Below, one piece after another: positions 59,472-64,000 of a stretch of 64,000 nucleotides of DNA; within the stretch, counting starts at the first letter, position 1, and each line of letters opens with the position of its first letter. The stretch is from Paragordius varius (lineage: Eukaryota > Animalia > Nematomorpha). Position numbers and translations under genes: made by a program. The notes under the pieces were generated by a model. It made no database searches. It saw only the letters and a list, made by a program, of their open reading frames with translations, and was not told the origin of the DNA. The stretch covers positions 4,588,001-4,652,000 of the forward strand of contig OZ176051.1 of NCBI GenBank assembly GCA_964247055.1, read 5' to 3'.

Positions 59472-62400
59472 ATGACATCAGTCGTCAAAAAACGCGTTGG
59501 ATTTAAGGTTGCAAACGACAATTATGATATTAAGACACTAAATAATATTAAACCCGGTATGATTATGCGTTTAATTTTTAGCTTTTGATGCAATAAGCCG
59601 TTGCGTTTTAGAACCCTTAGAGGACAAATCTAACAATACAACTGAAGAGACCTTAGTGAAATCTCAAGCTTTGCCCTTATTAAATAAAGAAGATAGCAAT
59701 ATTAGTCCGTCACCAAATTTTCTAGTTTGTTCCAAGGTTTTTTTGCATTTTGTATATTGATGTATAAATTCCATATTTTCATATTTGATAAAATGCTAGA
59801 TGGAAAACATTATTGATAAAATGCAGGATGAAGTTAACGGTGTACCAGTGAAAACTGTCAAAAGTTTGATTACGAAAATTCCCTCAGTTTTTACTGGTTT
59901 ATTTACCTTATAATTTCATAGGCGTCGATTTTATTCAATGGCTGATGAATAATTTACAAATTGAAGACATCGGTATTGATTATATATATTAAAAAAAGAT
60001 TACTTAAATTTTTTGGTTTTTTTCCATATCTTATGAAAATGTGGTTTCTCTATTAATCATTTTATAGCGGTTTTACATTATTTCATAACATTCAAATAAC
60101 GATAATTAGTTTATTAATAATTGTTATAATAATTTTTGTGGTGAAACATATTAAATTAGACTTATAAAAGTGAAAATTTTTTAATCATAAAATTACCCGT
60201 TTATTTAGAAATTTAATTTTATATAACTTTATTTAAACTTTGAGTATTATTTAATAAGCTGTAAAACCCTTAAATCATAAATTTCTCAATTTAAAACTCC
60301 AATTAGTTAATGAGAAATAAAACATTAAAACTGATTAAACAAGAAAAATAATTTTAACTAATTTTTTAGTTAAAATTTATATTTATTAATCAGGAGAAGC
60401 TATACATTTGGCACATATGATGGCTTGTTATGGATATGTTTTCCCCATAGATGAACATATCCTTAACGTTAAAAATGATGGAACTTTTTATCGATTTCAA
60501 GTTAAAACTTAATTTTTTTTTCTTTTTTTTGTTTACTTTTTATGTTAAGGATAAATTAATTAATAAATGATTATCAAAATAATAATACATTTGTGCATGC
60601 GTAGAGTTTTAATTAATTTTACGAGCTACAAATATATATATATACGTAAACATATTGTATGTAGTAGTTAATGTAATTTCAAATACATTGACGTAATAAA
60701 TGCGTCACTGTGTTTTAATCTATAACATATTTCTCTTTTTATATAGACCCCTTTTTTGTGGCCTTCTAATCAAAATGAACCTGAAAATACTGACTATGGT
60801 ATAATACAAATGTTTTTTAATAAAATTCAATATATCTACATTAAAAAATATTTATTAATATCTATTACAATAATTCAATTTCTAAACTTTTAAAATTCAT
60901 TTTATACGATATATTGCTTTAAATGAAAAATAGCCATTTTAAGTTTATAAATGTTGGCTTAGAAGTGCTCTTACTATATTTTGTTGTAAAAGACACTTTT
61001 TGTGTAGTTGAACAAAATATCAACAACTAAATTTGAATAAACCAGAAATAGCTAAGTATTTTCACAAATCTTGAAATATTTTGTTTTGCAGCGCATTTTT
61101 TTCAGATTTTATAATTTTCGACATATACTGATTAATATTCAGTGATAATTAAACATCATTTTTACTTAAGAAAAAATTCCCAAATATATCATAATATATA
61201 TAAGGTACCGAAATAGTGGATGTATTTAATAAAAATGTTAAAGGTTTGACAAAAAAATATCCCATTTAATATTATTTCATATGTTTTTTATCAATATACT
61301 AGATATTTGCAATTTCTTGATAATTATATCACACATTAATGCTTTTGTCTTAAATTTTGTTTCACCTTTAATCAATCTAATTTTTGGCTTAGAAAATTGA
61401 TTTACCTGTAGAAATTAATTATTGCAATTTTTTAATCTACTTATCTTTGATATACCTCATTTTTTAATAACATATAAATAAAATTATATATATATAAAAA
61501 TAATTTTAACTAATCAATGTAAGTACAAAAATATTATAAATAATGTTTAAAAACATTAAGCTGTATACCTGTGTAAACGTACCATGCAAAATAAGGCAAG
61601 ACTTGAATTGGGCGATTATGAGGCAGAAAATTTGGCTAGATTGCAAAAATTACTTTCTCGCAAATGGGAATTCATTTATATGCAAGCGGAAGCACAGGCA
61701 AAGTATAATATATATAATTATAATCATCAAATATTTTATTTTTTGACAAAATAATATTGGGAATTTTTTTTAAAGTATCAAAATTATCCTTTGGTATATC
61801 CTGTTTAAATTTTTAGGAAATCATTTTTTTAAAAGCAATTAAAATGACTCTCTGACAAAATAAAAGATGATAGTTTAAATTTAAGCAATGAAACAATATG
61901 GGTAAGGATTAATTTTGTGTAATTTTTTAGCCCACAGCTTTCTTTTTCTCTCTACCCAAATTATAAGATGTATAGTTTACTTTTTTTTGAAAAAGAAATA
62001 TATTGGAGCGATTCCCTAAAGATATAATGTTTTTAAGATAATAATAATTACAAAAATCAAAGTACCATAAAAATATATTATTATATTGTTTAGAGTTGAC
62101 AGAAAACGGGATAAATTAGAACGACAAGTTTTGGATAGCCAGGAAAGAGCTTTTTGGGACGTTTATCGCCCTGTGGTAAAAATATATCTCATTTTTTTAC
62201 GACTCTAATTTTACTTTTTTTGTCCATAATTTATATTCAAAAATTTTTCTGCTATATATATATATATAGCCAGGTTCAATTAATGTTTTGGAAGCTGATA
62301 TGAGAAAATCTTGCCGATCTTTGAAGTATGGGCTGACTAATAAAGTAAAATATTTTGAATTTATTTTTATATGAGCTTTTTTAATTATCTTATAATTTGT

Positions 62401-63651
62401 ATCCATTTAATTTATAGACGAAATCCAAAATTATGGAAGAACTTATCAATGAGGTAACTATATTTTAAATGTCAAATTTTATATGAAAAATATATTTTTT
62501 AGTTGTTTATGTGTAAGGTCCAAAGTTGTTTTATTAGGCCAAAATTATCTATAAAAGTCATTTTTGCCTGTAAACTGTTTAATAGTAAAAAATTTTTAAT
62601 TAAATAATTCTAAATTTATGATTTATTTAACGAAAAAAACAACATAAAATGGCAATTTTATTTATTAAGACTACTGGATTAATTTATATAAATATAAGTG
62701 GAATTAATTTTATAAATTGCCCATGTTTACGAAATTTATCTATCATTTCATGCTAGATTGAAATGGATCAACGTAAACTAAGCCGTGGATTAGCTAAAAT
62801 GTCCAAAGTTATAGAATTGTAAGTCTTAAAAATTTAATATATCATCTCCATTTAATTTTTTTTTATTTTATTAATACATTTTATATCGTTTTTTTAGTTT
62901 TATAAATTATTCTGAACAATATTCCGAACATGACCCTTTTCTAACGCTTCCGGAACCATCAAACCCTTGGATTTCTGATAATACAGAATTTTGGGACAGC
63001 TACGGTCCAAATGTTCCTTTGTAAATAATTTTTAAGAAATTACTTTAATATAAAAAATAATTTAAATTATTTACTCTATTTATTTATTTCCTTTTGATTA
63101 AATTTTACTTTTATATCCAATTAAAACTTTTATTATAATAATAATAATAAATTACAGTATGAGTAAGTATACATTGCTAGAATTGCCAAGGCAGTATTAT
63201 TGCCTGATAGTTTTTTTTTCACTTTTTACTATTATTATCCAATAATAATTCTCTTTGGGCATATGCTATTTGGCAATAATTAATAACTTTCTAGCAATAA
63301 ATACTCACTCATACTGTATATAGAGGTAAAATCAAATGTGTTTATTTTACTGAAAACTATTTTTTTAATTTTTTAGATATTTTTGAAATAATAGTAGAAA
63401 TATAAATGGATTGCACACGCAATTTATTTTAAAACCACACTCTCACAAAATTTAAATTTAAAGATACAAATTATACAAAATGACAGTCCATTTTTAATTT
63501 TTACTGTAAAAATGGTATCATATAGAAAAGAATTACCCGTAAGACGCGTTAAAAAGTGGACATTTTCTCTCAAAGAATTGTTGAAAGATCCGGTCGGTCG
63601 TGAACAATTTATGAAATTTTTGGAAAAAGAATACAGCGCCGAAAATTTAAA
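59472..63651 (+). CDS. R7-family regulator of G-protein signalling (RGS6/RGS7/EGL-10-like; DEP-GGL-RGS), 3'-partial
   Basis: Exons from ATG 59472; ...PNFLVCSK|[17 protein letters not shown]|GVDFIQWL; DGTFYRFQ|[15 protein letters not shown]|[17 protein letters not shown]; [15 protein letters not shown]; [17 protein letters not shown]; [32 protein letters not shown]. The gene continues beyond the window. Confidence 0.95.
59557..59581 (+). other. 25-nt GT-AG micro-intron (RGS intron 1)
   Basis: GTATGATTATGCGTTTAATTTTTAG joins two open frames in phase 1; no homology support in this N-terminal region. Confidence 0.65.
59897..59921 (+). other. 25-nt GT-AG micro-intron (RGS intron 3, DEP domain)
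   Basis: GTTTATTTACCTTATAATTTCATAG. Removal restores [14 protein letters not shown] (RGS7 IPSVFSGSDIVQWL); retention gives an in-frame TAA. Confidence 0.88.
63155..63316. mobile_element. Tc1/mariner-type MITE, 162 bp, in an RGS intron
   Basis: TA|CAGTATGAGT(A/G)AGTAT..ATTGCTAGA inverted ends with TA TSD. Confidence 0.75.
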
Positions 63652-64000
63652 GTAACACACATATTTCTACTAAATTATATTATAATATAATTTAAATATC
63701 AGAAATTTGCCACCATTAGCTTTTTTGGAAAAATCCATTTTAACTAATTTGATTTTGATTTTCTATTTTAGTCGTATCAAAATTTGGATTTCTTAGAGAA
63801 AAACAACCTATTAAAGTGATTTGTATAGCTATTTATTTAATTTTTCCATAAATTATAAATTGTGTAATAATGTTATCTTTTGGCAAAATTTTTTTAAAAA
63901 TTTCATAAAAAAATTCTATTATCTTGGAGGTAAAACCAAAAAATTTTGGTTTAAATGTTTACATTTACAGTAAAAATTGAAATTATACGGACAAAACGTT

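Overview
This is very AT-rich eukaryotic (animal, invertebrate) genomic DNA, not prokaryotic, so the six-frame ORF track mostly shows exon fragments or repeat-derived ORFs. Seven spliced protein-coding genes were reconstructed by hand from GT-AG junctions: a 12-exon astacin-EGF-CUB-TSP1 protein (-) lacking all three zinc-binding His and the catalytic Glu; NDUFV1 (+); a tentative Cys-rich/C-type-lectin-like gene (+); a single-pass membrane protein with tandem 6-Cys EB-like modules and a Tyr-rich tail (+); glyoxalase I (-); an FkbM/Star-like methyltransferase (-); and an R7-family RGS gene (+, runs off the window end). There is one tRNA-Ser(CGA). Introns and intergenic DNA are packed with often nested transposons: hAT elements with 8-bp TSDs, a CACTA-like element, Helitrons, RTE LINE relics, a (TA)n-embedded TIR element, and three MITE families sharing a TACCATTT terminus and a ~21-bp subterminal period. 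The most striking signal is four ultra-short (21-26 nt) GT-AG introns in three conserved genes that also carry introns from about 60 nt to several kb. The astacin architecture and EB-like modules recall nematodes and relatives (inference only).
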